Of a stretch of 64,000 nucleotides of DNA, positions 44,628-57,803 are shown one piece after another (the first letter of the stretch is position 1; each line of letters opens with the position of its first letter). The stretch comes from the human T2T-CHM13v2.0 reference genome, Homo sapiens. Below the pieces are notes generated by a model. The model made no database searches, had not been told where the DNA came from, and was given only the letters and a program-made list of their open reading frames with translations. The position numbers and the translations under genes are program-made. Where the stretch lies: the NCBI RefSeq assembly GCF_009914755.1, contig NC_060925.1, one strand, 5' to 3'.

Positions 44628-45026
44628 TGGATGAGTTTGCTAGGGCTGCCATTACAAAATACCACAGGCTGGGTAGTTTAAACAACAGAAATGTGTTTTC
44701 TCACAGTTCTAGAGAACAGACGGCTAAGATCAAGTTGATGTCGACAGGATGGTTTTCTTCTGAGATCTTTCTTCTTGACTTGTGGATGTCTACCTTAGTG
44801 CTGTGTCCTCATATGGTCACCCTTTTGTTTCTGTGTTGTTTGTGTCCTAATCCACTTTTTTTCTAAGCGCAACAGTCATAGTGAATTAGGGACCACCTGT
44901 ATGGCCTCATTCTACCTTAACTACCTCCTTAAATGCCCTATACCCAAACAGTCACATTCTGAGGTACTGGGGGTTAGAATTTCAACATATGAATTTGCTA
45001 GGGAGACTACAGTTCAGCCCATAACA
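44628..45026 (-). mobile_element. MLT1B-like solo LTR
   Basis: 'gtttgctagggctgccattacaaaataccacaggctggg...cagttcagcccataaca'; TSD catag/catgg. Confidence 0.85.
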
Positions 45027-45519
45027 CATGGGATAGAAAAAAGCTATGTGATAGAACAGATACATACTTGAGAAACTCAGGAAGTCTTCTCTATGGCTGG
45101 GTCTCATTTCTAGCTGGACAAAGTTTGGTGGTATTATTACTCCACAATAGCTTTAGCAAGTTGGAGATGATGGTTAATGGTGAGCCACATGTTTATCCAC
45201 ATTTCTATGGTCAACAATAAATACACACAGAGAAAATTGAAGATAGAAGAATATATCCACCCTGTTTCCACCAAGATTTTCTAGGCTTTGGATTTGAGTC
45301 ATTACGCTTAGTTTGCTTTCTGCCCAGGGTGGGTGGCATTTAATCATTGCATTTTCCCTCTTTTTTCTGGACAAGTAGCCCTATGCCAACGGCCTCATCT
45401 GATACCAGCCTTAGTTGTCATAAATGATATGGGAATGGTGGGTTTCATCTACCTTAGTACAGGAAAAACTAAAGAAGAGGAAATCAAGTTTTGTTCAGGA
45501 TGCTAGAAGTTTGGCACTT

Positions 45520-45990
45520 TTACAGATGAGAAAAGCACAGGGCTGGGGCTAGTGAAGTGATTGGTTCAGGGACTTGCTTGGCTAGTTAGGCACACAGCTA
45601 GGGCTCCATCTCCTGACTCTTATCCCAGTGTTCTTTCTGCTTCTACACAACTAAGTAGTTCTGTGTTTAGTTTTTTCTGGTTAAAAAATGTTCCTGGAAG
45701 CATTGCTTACAAATAACTTGAAATGCCAAGGAACGTTATAGTACAGTGGTTAAGAGTGCAGACTGGCCAAACAAGCCTGTGTTTGCATCTCAGCTTTATC
45801 ATTCTACTACTATATAGCCTTGAGCAGGTTGTCTAATTTCTTAAAACTTCATATTCCTCAACAGTGAAATCGGGATAACAGAGCACCTACCACAGAACAG
45901 CCCTGAGGACTTAAATAAGTGAAAGCATTCTGAAAAATTAATAGTGTTAGGTACATAGTAAGTGTTCAATAAATAGGAGGTGTTATTATT
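45520..45990. mobile_element. Two MIR relics in opposite orientations
   Basis: 'ttttacagatgagaaaagcacagg' (-) and 'gtacagtggttaagagtgcagact' (+). Confidence 0.65.
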
Positions 45991-46378
45991 CATCATAACA
46001 CTCTAAAATTTATCAGAATTCAAATTTCCATTCTTGTTTCTTAGGTAAAATGAAGCAAAAATAAAGTAACAACAGACAAACCTCTTTAACTTGACATCTT
46101 TCCAATTCACAACCAAGAGGATGTTTACTGCAACGTGCTAGGATCAAGCAGTTGAGCGCAAGGACAAAAAACAAGCCTAATAATTGAGTCAAAGGGTTTC
46201 ACACCTCTAATTATTTAACATCACAGCTGAAGGAGAAAACAAAAATTTCCAAGGCAGTAGAATAAAAGGAAGTTCTGAAACAAAGGAAAGAGCATGGGAA
46301 AAAAGAAAGGATGCTACCAGATCTGCAAGCTCACCAAAATATTGGTGCAAGCCAGGAGTAGAAAAAGCCACTTTCTAG

Positions 46379-46657
46379 CTTTTTCCTCAAGATAGTCCCT
46401 AAAGCAAAGGAAGTCCTTTCCCCTTCCAAAGCAGAAGCTAAAGCAAAGGTTTTGAAGGCCAAGTAGACAGTGCTGAAAGGCATCACAGCATCACAAATAA
46501 ATATCTACACATCACCCACCTTCTGGAGTCCCAAGACACTAAGGCTCCCAAAGGCAGCCCAAGCCCCCAGGAGAAACAAAGACAGAATAGCGCCCTCGGA
46601 GAAACGAGCTTGTGCCATTACATCCTGATGAGACCCTTCATCAGTGACTCCCATAAA
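46379..46657 (+). pseudogene. RPL23AP: Degraded RPL23A processed pseudogene (5' portion)
   Basis: Translates IVPKAKEVLSPSKAEAKAKVLKAK*TVLKGI...IYTSPTFWSPKTLRL versus RPL23A [32 protein letters not shown]...IRTSPTFRRPKTLRL; ATG->ATA at 46392; pyrimidine 5' leader; intronless. Confidence 0.9.
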
Positions 46658-47025
46658 ATGCTGGCTACTCACTGGGCCCTCATGTTTGAGCTGGCTGCTA
46701 CATTAATTTTTTAAAATCAGTGATTTCTTTCAACAGCTGGGTTCCAGGGCCCTGTTGGACAGCCTATCGTTCAAAATTAATGAGATGTTATTCATAAAGT
46801 ATCTAATTGTGCACATGAGAAGCTCTAGCCTCCGTTGAAGAAATATAGCATTTTTAGAACAGATGTGTGGCACAAGTGATACTTAAAAACTATTAATTTT
46901 GAAAGCCACCTAATGCCCACCAGTAATGGACTGGCTAAATAAACTCTGATTTAGCTATATATATGCACCCTGGAATCAGACTACCTGAGCTCCCATTTCA
47001 CTACAACTTATTAGTTGTGGCTGCT

Positions 47026-47613
47026 TGTATTCATTTCCATTGCTGCCTTAACAAATCACCACAATTTTATGGGCATTAAACAACACAGACATTATTTTAC
47101 AGTTCAGCAGGTCAGAAGTCTGGTATGAACTAAAATCAGTGGGTGGGCAGGGTTGCACTCCTTCCTGTACAGTCTAAGAGAAAATCCCTTTCCCTGCTCG
47201 TTCAGGTGTTGGCAGAATTCAGTTCCATGTGGTTGTAAGACCGAGATCTCTCTTTCCTTGCTGACTATTAGCTGAGGGCTGCCCTTAGCTCCTAGAGGCC
47301 TCTTGCTTGTCCCTGCACATAAATGTCGACCTCTCAAAAACAGCGACAGGGTGGTGAATCCTTCTCAGGCTGCTATCTCTCTCACCCTGCTTCTACCATC
47401 ACATCTCTCCCTAACCCAGCTGGAAAAGGCTCCACCTTTAAGGACTCAAGTGATTAGATTGGGTGCACCTAGATAGTCCAGCATGATCTCTCCATTTTTA
47501 GGTTCTTACTATTAATCACATCTGCAAAGTCCCTTTTGCCATGTAAGATAAACTCACAGGTTCCAGGGATTTGGACATAGACATCTTGGGGGACCATTAT
47601 TCTATCTGCCACT
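47026..47613 (-). mobile_element. MLT1E-like LTR nested in a MIR
   Basis: 'caggtgttggcagaattcagttccatgtggttgtaagaccgag', 'aatcacatctgcaaagtcccttttgccatgtaag'; MIR halves on both sides. Confidence 0.8.
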
Positions 47614-47814
47614 CCTCTCTAAGCCTCAGGCTCCTCATCTCTAAAATGGGGCTTCTTTTGACATATAATTGTTGTGACTTTTAGATGAGACAAAGTTCTT
47701 AGCACATAGCAATTACTCAGAAAATGTTAGCTATCATCATCATTGCTATGTAGCCATTAGAAAGAATGAGATAGAACTGTGTTACTGACATAGAAGGATA
47801 TTCAAAAGTTATAA

Positions 47815-48177
<363 letters not shown>

Positions 48178-48429
48178 AAGGATCATTGCATTGGCTTAGG
48201 GAAAAAACGGATGAATATCAACAGATTAAGACTGAGAAGATAAATACAGACTTGGAGTTTTAAAAATGATGCGTAAATTTTATTTTCATATTTAAAGTGG
48301 CAGCCCCACTAAAAAGACAAATAGAATGTTTATTTTCCAAACCAGTGTGGAAACAAAAAGGAATTTTAAAATGATTACTTACACGGACAAAAAAGAAGAA
48401 GAAAAGCATGAAAAATTTCAATAAATAAA

Positions 48430-49090
48430 AAATTCTAAGAAAAATGCTAAAAACAATCTTAAACTTATCAATAATCACAATAAACATAAAAGATCACATC
48501 TGCTTATCAAAATACAGAGATTCTGAAGTTGGAGAAAATAACAAAATCCATATGTGTAAAGATATTACTTGGGTAAAATTTTAAAACACAAACATTAATT
48601 AATATATTGATCACAGAAAGATACATATTTAGTAAAATTATAGGAACAGAGAAAGGAAATAAATGCATCAATTTCAGGCTTGTGGTTGCCTCTAGGAATA
48701 AAAGGAGGTAAACGGCATGGGGGAAGACTACAAAAAGGATATCAACTATATTTGTAATGTTTCATTCTTTTTTTTCCCCTTTATTTATTTATTTATTTAT
48801 TTATTGGACTTATTTATTATAAGTTCTTTAGTGGTGATTTTGGAAGTTTTGGTGCACCCATCACCCAAGCAGTACCCAATGTGTAGTCTTATATCCTTCA
48901 CTCCCCTCCCACACTTCCCCCTGAATCCCCAAAGTCCACTGTATCATTCTTATGCCTTTGCATCCTCATAGCTTAGCTCCTAATCTTTTTCATAAAAATA
49001 AAATATCTGAAACATGGTACAAGATATTTACCTTTTTTAATTCTGCTGTGTTACATCCTGTACTTTTCTGTGCATATAAAATATTTTGAA
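48430..49090. mobile_element. Old L1M fragments with a nested L1PB-type 3' tip (~48790-48981, minus)
   Basis: 'ttttggtgcacccatcacccaagcagtac...cctttgcatcctcatagcttagctcc'. Confidence 0.7.
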
Positions 49091-50089
49091 TATTTGTTCA
49101 AAGAACTGTACTTAGAAGTCAGAAATAGAGATGCTGACCTAATGGCACGTATATTTTGGGTTCTAGAAAAAGTTCTAAACTTTTAAAGGTAGACATGGAA
49201 CTAGGGCAGACAGGGAAATGTATTTCTACTACTTGTCCATTGGTTAAGGTTGTCATCTATTGAACAGTTGCACTAGGTTAAGGATGATACTGTTTGAAAA
49301 TGCCCAAAATATGTACATGAAATGTTTAAGAAGACTTAAGTAGACACTTATATGCAAAGTTAATACAGTTCAGATATGTCAAAAAACAAAGCAGCAATTG
49401 GAATAGTGACTAAATGTCTCAGAGAAGTTTAATTTTGAGCCAGAATATGAAGAAGTTCATGGATTTCTAAGACGGAACAATTCAGATAGGAAAATGGACT
49501 GTGCCGAGGCACAAAGAAGGGACCTCATTACTGAACGCAGGGGACAATAGGAGTTCAGTGTGATTGGAACAGATTTCCTTCTGAAATTCTGAAGAGCTGT
49601 AAAAGCAGATACAGGAATTTTATGGGCATAAACACAGGAATATGTCAATATGCAATTAAATAGAAGAGGTAGATTAACCACACTAATCAACTTCTTCCTT
49701 ATACATTCGCTGGCTCCACAGTAAAAATGTAAAGCATAAAGAAGGTATTTATGAACTGCTTTGAAAGAAAAATGGGAAATGCTGATGGAGAGCTGTGAGT
49801 CAGCCTCAGCTCCTTCCCTGCTGAAAGTGTTAAGTTACCTCTCCAGGGCCAGATACAGTTATTTAATAGATCGACACAGACAAATATCCTCCCCCAGAAA
49901 GGATCCTCTATTTTGAAAATATCCCACTTCATGTCATCACAGTACTTTAATGTCCGGCTATTCATCATTCTGCCTTCAAGTTAGTTTGAGTGCAAGACTC
50001 AATCTATGTTCTATTTTGGGTGATGCAGACAGCCACAACCACTGATTGGAAACTTGAGTCCGTCCAGATCTCGTGGCTTACAGCCCAAG

Positions 50090-50780
50090 GCACCTGTGAC
50101 CTGCCTGGTTCATCACCGGGTCCCACTGCTTTGGCCTCATTATTGCCCTCCACACCCTGATTCTTACCAGTGTTGTTTCAGATCTGGGCTCATCCCATTT
50201 TGCCCCAACACTGTGGCAGCTTCTAGATGCTGTCTCCACCATACAGCCGCCAGAGTGAACTCATGCTGTCTTTAATGGCCAATCTGAAAGATCCCTGCTA
50301 TGCTGAAAACCTTCGTAAGAGAGCCTTACCACGGATTGCCTCACTGATGTGTTTCTGTGAGTTGTGAGGTGGGTCACAGGCCATTTGCTACTAATAATAA
50401 AACCCCAAAGACTCCATAGACTCACTCCTGTATCTAGATGCCTTCCCCCGTCGCTGAGTCACCAGCTGTGCTGCCTGGCAAATTCCTTCTCCTCCAGCAG
50501 GTCTCGGCTCAGATGCTCTCTCTGTGAATCCATAATCCGCAGTGCCCACTCCTACCCCATCCGGCTCACGTCCTTCTCCTACAGGCTTGCTGTGCTTTGT
50601 ATAGACTTCCATTTAAGAATTGTCTTGTTTCATTGCAATTGTTTATACAAACGTCTCCCATTTCTTTGTAAGCTCCTTAAGGACAGAGGCCAAGTCTTAG
50701 CTCTTCTTACATCTCCAGTAAATAGCAGTTTGTGGCACATTTTAGGCACACAGCAGATGTTAATGGATGAATTAGTAAAT
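50090..50780 (+). mobile_element. L2 relic
   Basis: 'tgtaagctccttaaggacagaggccaagtc...tggcacattttaggcacacagcagatgttaatggatgaat'. Confidence 0.6.
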
Positions 50781-51684
50781 TAGTACTACCGCTCACGTGG
50801 AGTAGACTCCCCAGTTAATCAGAGCAACAATTTTTTCCCATTCCTACTATAAGTGGCAGCAAAGAAAAACCTTTCTTCCTAATTATTTCATATAACACTG
50901 TATCATGAAATATCTGCATTTTGAGAGCAAAGCCTGAAGGAAGTTATTTTTTCCCTCATAAAATTAAAGACTTTAATTATTGGCAATAAGATGATACTAC
51001 ATTCATTGGAAGAAAGAGTGGTCTAGCGATTCTATGTTCCTGTAACTAATTATGGGTGAGTAATTTTTAAAAAATTGGTACCCATAAAAATTGACCACAA
51101 ACCAATAAGAACAATGAGTTGAATCATAAAAATTCCATGCTATTTATATTTCTCCACACACACTCAGTACATTTATTTATTCTAAATGGAAAAGTACAAA
51201 TATTGGGATAAAAACATTTAAACTACAGAAATAAGAAATTCCAAATGCTAATTCTGCCTAAGGGGCAGAATTTAATTTTGTGCTAAGCTACTGTATGTGG
51301 GATTAAGAGGCATAGTTAACCAAACATTTGAGAACAAGTAATTACCACTGCATCTCTCTATCACATATTTGCCTTACACATAATTTATACAAGTCCACAG
51401 AGGAAAAATAAAATGCTGTTTGCAACATTTTTTTTCCAGCCACACATTTTTCAGGCTTACTTTTTTTTTCCTCATCAAAGACTATTCATTTTTATGGTCT
51501 TATATTGGATAACAGTGGGATATTTTCTCTCTGTTATATAGGGACAGAGAAACAACATCTCTAATCAGTTATTCTTGGCTGTGTCCTTCCTGCCAAATCT
51601 TGGGCATCTAAATGTGGAGGTGCACAGTCCCTGAAGTTGGTTTATGTAATACTTTCAGAGTGGTATGGACATGCAAACAACACT

Positions 51685-53180
51685 GTCATTTATTCATTCA
51701 GCAAACATTATGAGACACTTTCTATGTGCCCAGAATTGTGCTGGGCTCTCAGGATACCCATGAATAAGAGAGGGTCCCTATCCTTGATGAGACTGTAATC
51801 TAGCAGTAGAGACAATTAAACCAACAATTACAAAATAAAACACTAACAGCTGTTGGGGGTGGGATGCACGAGGAGTTGCAGGGATACCAACACCTGTCTG
51901 AGATGGTCAGAGGCCATTTAAGTTGCTTCTTGAATGGCCTGTAGGGCTCACGCAGTTGAAGGAGGGTAGGAAAGTGGAAAATTCAAAGCTGAGGGAATAC
52001 CTGGAAGAGATCAGAGTATGAAACGGAAAGTGGAAGTAGATGAGGCAAGGGGACGCCTACTGATGCAGCAGAGCAGATATTTACAAACAGAAGTAAGTCT
52101 GAGTCTCTAGGTGACTGTTTTCTGTGCTCACAACCAAGTAACAGCTCCTGCAGCCCTCCTCCCCTTCTCTACCTGGGGCACCTACAATACAGAGAACAGT
52201 TGAGAGCTCAAGTATATTTGAGACAGACATTAAAGTCTCTATGCATTAGCATCTTGGCTGGACTAATTCTGGTATTTGCTTATTTTAGCATTTTGTATGA
52301 AACATGGAGAAATGGTGCCATCAAACCATAACTTGTCTGCAACTCCAGCCCAGCTCTGGCTACAATGTGGTATTCAGCAAGAGCCTGGCCTGGAGCAAGG
52401 GATTTAACCTTCTTGTACTTCAGAGCCTCATCTTTAAAATAGATTGCAGCAAGAATTAAGTGAGTGAGTGTGTGAAAGAGCACAGAACAGAGCCTGGCAT
52501 AAAGCAAATGCCCAAAAAGTATCAGCTATAATAATTTTACTCCTCATGTGGGAAGTGTGGGTGAAACTAGTTGCCTAGTTATTTAAATAACAAGCATGTC
52601 ATTTATAGGAACTGGGTTCAGGAGTAAAGCTGCTATTGTTGGTTGTCTTTGGCATTAACATTAAGGATATTAGGAAAGTTAACTCTATGAACACAAAGGC
52701 TGAACTTTGGCAGCCTTTCAAAAGAGTTAGCAATCGAATTTTTTGCCTATATCCATTCATTGAACATTCATTATCCTCACACTTATTGAGTATCTACTGA
52801 TGTCAGGCATGAGGATGCAAAGATACCTGAGAAGGCCAACCATCTATTATTCATTCGACACACATTTACCAAGTACTTTTTTTTTCCCCAGCAAGTCACT
52901 GCTGGGAAAAAAAAACGATGCATCAGACCCTTCAGTAGCTTACAGGTTAATGGGGGAGATAAGTGGTGTGTACACAATGGAGACACAAGGAGGAAGATGA
53001 TACATACTACAAAGAGGTAGGGACAATAATAATGAACACTTCTTTACACAGGCTCCATGCTAAGTGCCTTACTTGGATTATCCCAGGGTGCTGTGGGAGT
53101 TGAGAGGATGGAGAGATGGCTCTCAGCTGGGGTGATCTGGAAAAACTTCATGGAAGTGGAGGCGTTTGAATAGGACCTTA
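51685..53180. mobile_element. L2 (-), MIR (+, ~52320-52530) and L2 (-) relic cluster
   Basis: 'tcatttattcattcagcaaacattatgagacactttctatgtgcc', 'cttcagagcctcatctttaaaatag', 'cattcattgaacattcatt...ttattgagtatctact'. Confidence 0.6.
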
Positions 53181-54368
53181 AAAAAAACACTACTTCTGGA
53201 GCATTTTGCTTAACCCTGGTTGTACAACAGAATAGGCCCAATGGCTTTCTCTAAAGATGTTTGGTATAAGCCTATCTTAAAGGAAATACTGTATCTGATA
53301 AAATGGGATTGTTTCTACTGAAGACTCATCTGGCTACAAAACAGAACTACTATCAACCTGAGAAAGAATCCAGCTGTTGCTTTAAAATTAACAACTTCCC
53401 ATTACATCATCAAGCCTGATAATCATCTTGCCTGCAACTCCAATTCCATCTCACCCTTTAATACTCCTTCTTTCCCCTAGGTCACTGGGAAGCTTGCTTG
53501 TGGCACTCTCTGGGATCCTGTTTCCAGTTACTGGTTGCGTAATGTATTGATAAAGCAAAGCCAAATATGAGTAAGAAGAAAAGCCTAATTAGAAATGAAG
53601 CACGCAGTGTCCCAACAAGAAAAATGCCAGGGCTTCAAAAATAGGAAATCAGTGATGCATAGTTTCTTCTGTCACTGAAGAAATCATCCCAGTACTTAAT
53701 AAGCCAGAAAATGGATTAAGCAGATGGGGGAAAGTTGTCAGCGGCAAAGAATGGGCACCTATGGAGAAACAGAATTATTTAGAACCAAAATGACTGACTG
53801 GCACACATTAAAGAATATCTGTTTGTGTCTTGAAATGAATGCTATAGAAAATATAGTAGGTATGAAATATAGAAAATATAGTAGGTATGAAAACAAATGC
53901 AAAATCGGCCACCAAGAGAGAACATCACAGGCTATGGACTGATGTAGAAATGCTGGAGATGCTGACTTTTTTTTCTTTATCGAATTGACTATTTGAGTGA
54001 AGCAACCAAAATAATAACTTGGAGTAGAGTGTGGATGCAGCTTAATTCTAATAAACTTGCCCTTAAATATAAAGAAAACCTTTCTTTCATAAGAATCCAC
54101 TCGTACAGCATATATATCTACATATTCTTCTCTCCCTACACATATCTGAACATGTTTCTAGCTAGCTGACTGTTGACACTTAACTCAGTTGATAGGACAT
54201 GTCCTCTGGCTCATAGGAGAAACAGCAAAGGTTCAGTACATTTAAGTCTTTGAAGATTATGGGAACAAAAACTCAGTTTTAAGTGTCAGGGAATTGCTGT
54301 ATGATTTTTACCACATCACTTAACTTCTAAGTTTTCTAATTATTGTATTGTACAACTGAAAGAATGAT

Positions 54369-54371
<3 letters not shown>

Positions 54372-54403
<32 letters not shown>
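54372..54403. repeat. (CA)16 microsatellite
   Basis: Pure CA array. Confidence 0.97.
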
Positions 54404-54406
<3 letters not shown>

Positions 54407-54454
54407 CATACCCTTGAACACTGAGAGACAATAGACTGATCAGGAGGCTCTTAC

Positions 54455-54651
54455 ATCTGCAAGAAACAAAACTGGAGACTAGCAGGACACATAGCTTCTG
54501 AGTGATGGCGTAACAAGTTGCTATTTATACCCCATCTTCCATTCACCAATGTGAACTAGGGGTCTATCCCTGCAAGAGAGTAATTTTAGAGAATGAGCTT
54601 CCGGGTGAGCTCACAGCTTAACACTGCTTGTATCACCATCTTGAGTCAGCA
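54455..54651 (-). promoter_or_regulatory. Candidate TATA promoter/enhancer
   Basis: Minus-strand TATAAATA at 54529-54522, CA initiator 30 nt downstream, CCAAT at 54546-54550, ETS CCGGAAG at ~54598-54604, AP-1/MARE TGAGTCAGCA at 54642-54651. Confidence 0.35.
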
Positions 54652-56929
54652 GTGGATAATGCTGTGCAGAATAAACTAATTTTAGTCCTCTGCGGTATCC
54701 TTGTAAACACTTCATAGTGATTCTTTAAAAAGTCAGTGGGAACTTGCTATCTCTGCTTCATTTCCTACTCCCAATAATTTGCTAGGGTTATTTTTAGGTA
54801 ACTGTGTCTTACAGGATTTGTTTAGGTGAGCTCCTCTGTTTCAGAATGGCCATGTGAAAATTCTGCCACAGATTTTGAAGTCAGAAGGCTGTCTGGTTAA
54901 ATGGATCCAGAAAAATTACTAACAGATATGGTGACAAAGGACATGGAAATATAAGTGTCCTGTATGTGCTACAGGAAAAAGTGCTGCCCATCTTTCCCTC
55001 ATTTCAGCAACACTTTCAGTGAGCCCCAGCTCATGGAAAGAGAGACGAGGAGAGAAAAAGGCTTATTCCTGAAGCTAATAGCTTTCCTTCTCTCTCTAAT
55101 ACTATATGTTTGCAGTGACAATGATCCCTCAGCTTCTGAATCATCTCCTCATTCTGTGATGTACCCCTGGGTTCTGAGTTTCATTTCTTTGGCAGTCAGT
55201 CACATGCTGAATATAGAGCACCTCTAATTTGTTCAGTGTCTCATGGATCACTGAGAAAGAATAGGGCCTTATGACAAACTCCACTGGTCAGAGCGCCCGG
55301 ATCTAGGTGTGTGATCACAGCCTTTAACACTTGACCAGGAACTCATATTTCATGGAGTGAGAATTGTGAGACCTTGCACTAGGGTTTTGTGATTCTGAGA
55401 AAGATGCTGGGTTTGGCTGTATTTATCAAGGAATGTGGATACCAAGAGAAGGGGCTGAGTTGGGAAGAAGGGGGTAAAGAGAATTCTAGGCAAATTAAAC
55501 CTCTCAGCAACGAGTATCCCATAGGCCAGAAAGAGTGTGAAGGGATTCAGTCATATGTGAAAGAAGTTCTGTGGTTTTTGTCTTGTCTTTCTTGAAAACC
55601 TCTGGCCCTGGAATGTTTGATATCGATTTTCCCTGGTCTAAAAAGAGAATTAGAGAATTTCAAATGAAGTGTATGTGACACAAAGTGAGAAGAGAAGGAG
55701 GGAGGGAGAAAAGAGAGGCAGAATCGGAAATGTTAATAGGAAAAAGGAAGAAAATGGTGTGTCCTGTAATTACTTATATAAGAAAGGCAGCTAATAAGTG
55801 TTCCAGGGTAGAACTTCTATTTCTTGAATTCATTAAAAGTAATTTTGAGACTCCTGGATTGGTGGCAGTGGAGGCAAGACTTTGCTAAGGAGAACTTTGT
55901 TTAAATGTCTCTTTCCAAAGCAAATACACATCATACCAAGATATACAACCTATGTGTAGCTTCACTGTGCTGCTGGAAACTCTGCCTCACTAGGTGATTC
56001 TTCTTTACTGAGGATCCTGCTGTCCTCATCTACCCCTTGAAAAGCGAGTTTGATGGACTCTGGGTGAGTAAAGCAAGTCTTTCAGAGGAGAGGAGAGGCA
56101 GCACCATTGGCTGTCTGCCAGCGAAAGGCTTGTGCAGCGGTCTGGTCTCTGAACCATGCAGGCAGTGTTGCTGCAGGATCCTAAGAAACCAACCTTTTCA
56201 GGAACGTTGTGTAAAGGAATGTCTGGAATGTGTTTAGCCTTGAGAGTTTGCAAGAAGCCTTTATGGTTCATGATGAAGAATGGGAAAAGCAGTACTATAA
56301 TGTTAGGCAAGACTGGTTCAGACCAGAGAGAGATGGAGGAAGAAATCATTAAAATGAAGGATAGGATTGTCTCTTTGCAACTATTAGATGCAGTTTCAGA
56401 ATTTCCTTCTGGATTCTGTGCATCACACAGACTGTCTACTCTCATCCCAGGCTAATGAGAGGGTAGGTACTATATAAGTAGGTTATAAACTTTAAAATAA
56501 AAAAGCAACTCCCTGCAATTTTTTTTTCATATTGGTCTTTAGCTTAGAGTAGATGAATGAATGAACACTGTGAAAATATCAGCATAATTGCATCTTTTAC
56601 TTTATATTATTAACAAATGCTATTCATGGAATCAGAAGTTCTATTTTGAATTACATTTTAAAGGTTTTAAATATATTTGAAGTTTTTAAAAATTCTATTT
56701 ATGGGTAGATGTCTGTATGCATGTACGTATACACATATGGGAGTACATTTTGCCTCCATGCCTCTTTTCTTTATTAAACAAATTTGTAAATTTGTTAAAG
56801 CTGAAGGCATTGTTTTAACAAATGTTATTTAGTGTTTAAAATCATATTTATTGTGTAATATGGTTATTTACATTTTACCTTTATTTTGAACTCTTCATTT
56901 TAGGATTTCTTAAATTTTTTGTCTGCATT

Positions 56930-57190
56930 CCACAGTGAGTTAGTACACTCACATGTATATGTTTATATGTTATTTGTATACACATATAAATATGTGTGAA
57001 TATATATGTGTATATGCATGTATATGTGTGTAAATGTATATAAAAAAATTTCACAAAACAAAATCTACCCTTACCAAGTGTGATGCATTCTGGTATTTCT
57101 ATTCCATTCTATTACCTCATTTGTATAAAATTTATATTAATTTCCAGACTCACCAATGGGTCATGACCCGGAGTTTGGAAAATACTGCTT
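56930..57190. mobile_element. hAT-Charlie relic with (TA/TG)n insert
   Basis: End motif 'ccaatgggtcatgacccggagtttggaaaatactg'. Confidence 0.5.
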
Positions 57191-57518
57191 TACCAAGCCC
57201 TTTGCAAAATTTCATAATTGTATTAAAGTAAATAAAATATTATAGGGCAATAATATGGGTATGATTTTAAATGATTCAAGGAAATAAAAGGGTGCTAATA
57301 AAAGGACTCTATATTTTACTTACATTAGTTATGATAACTGTTGTTATATTATCATATTCTGAAGAATATTAACTTTTTAAAGAGGAAGACAGACATGCAA
57401 TCCCTTCTTTGCTTTTTAAAGAACATTTTTTGCAACTTTTCAAACTTAAAAATTAAGCTACTTCCTTCCTTTAAGCTTCCTATACCCCATCCAATTTTTT
57501 TTAAAGAAAAGATAATGA

Positions 57519-57803
<285 letters not shown>

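Noticed and set aside
50364-50783. 139-aa ORF
   Set aside because: Lies in an L2 relic; non-ATG start; no recognisable domain
53460-53545. Plus-strand acceptor ctttcccctag|G
   Set aside because: No convincing donor nearby; isolated acceptors are common
56026-56455. Overlapping 139- and 99-aa ORFs in unique DNA
   Set aside because: No recognisable homology or convincing splice or promoter context; length compatible with chance
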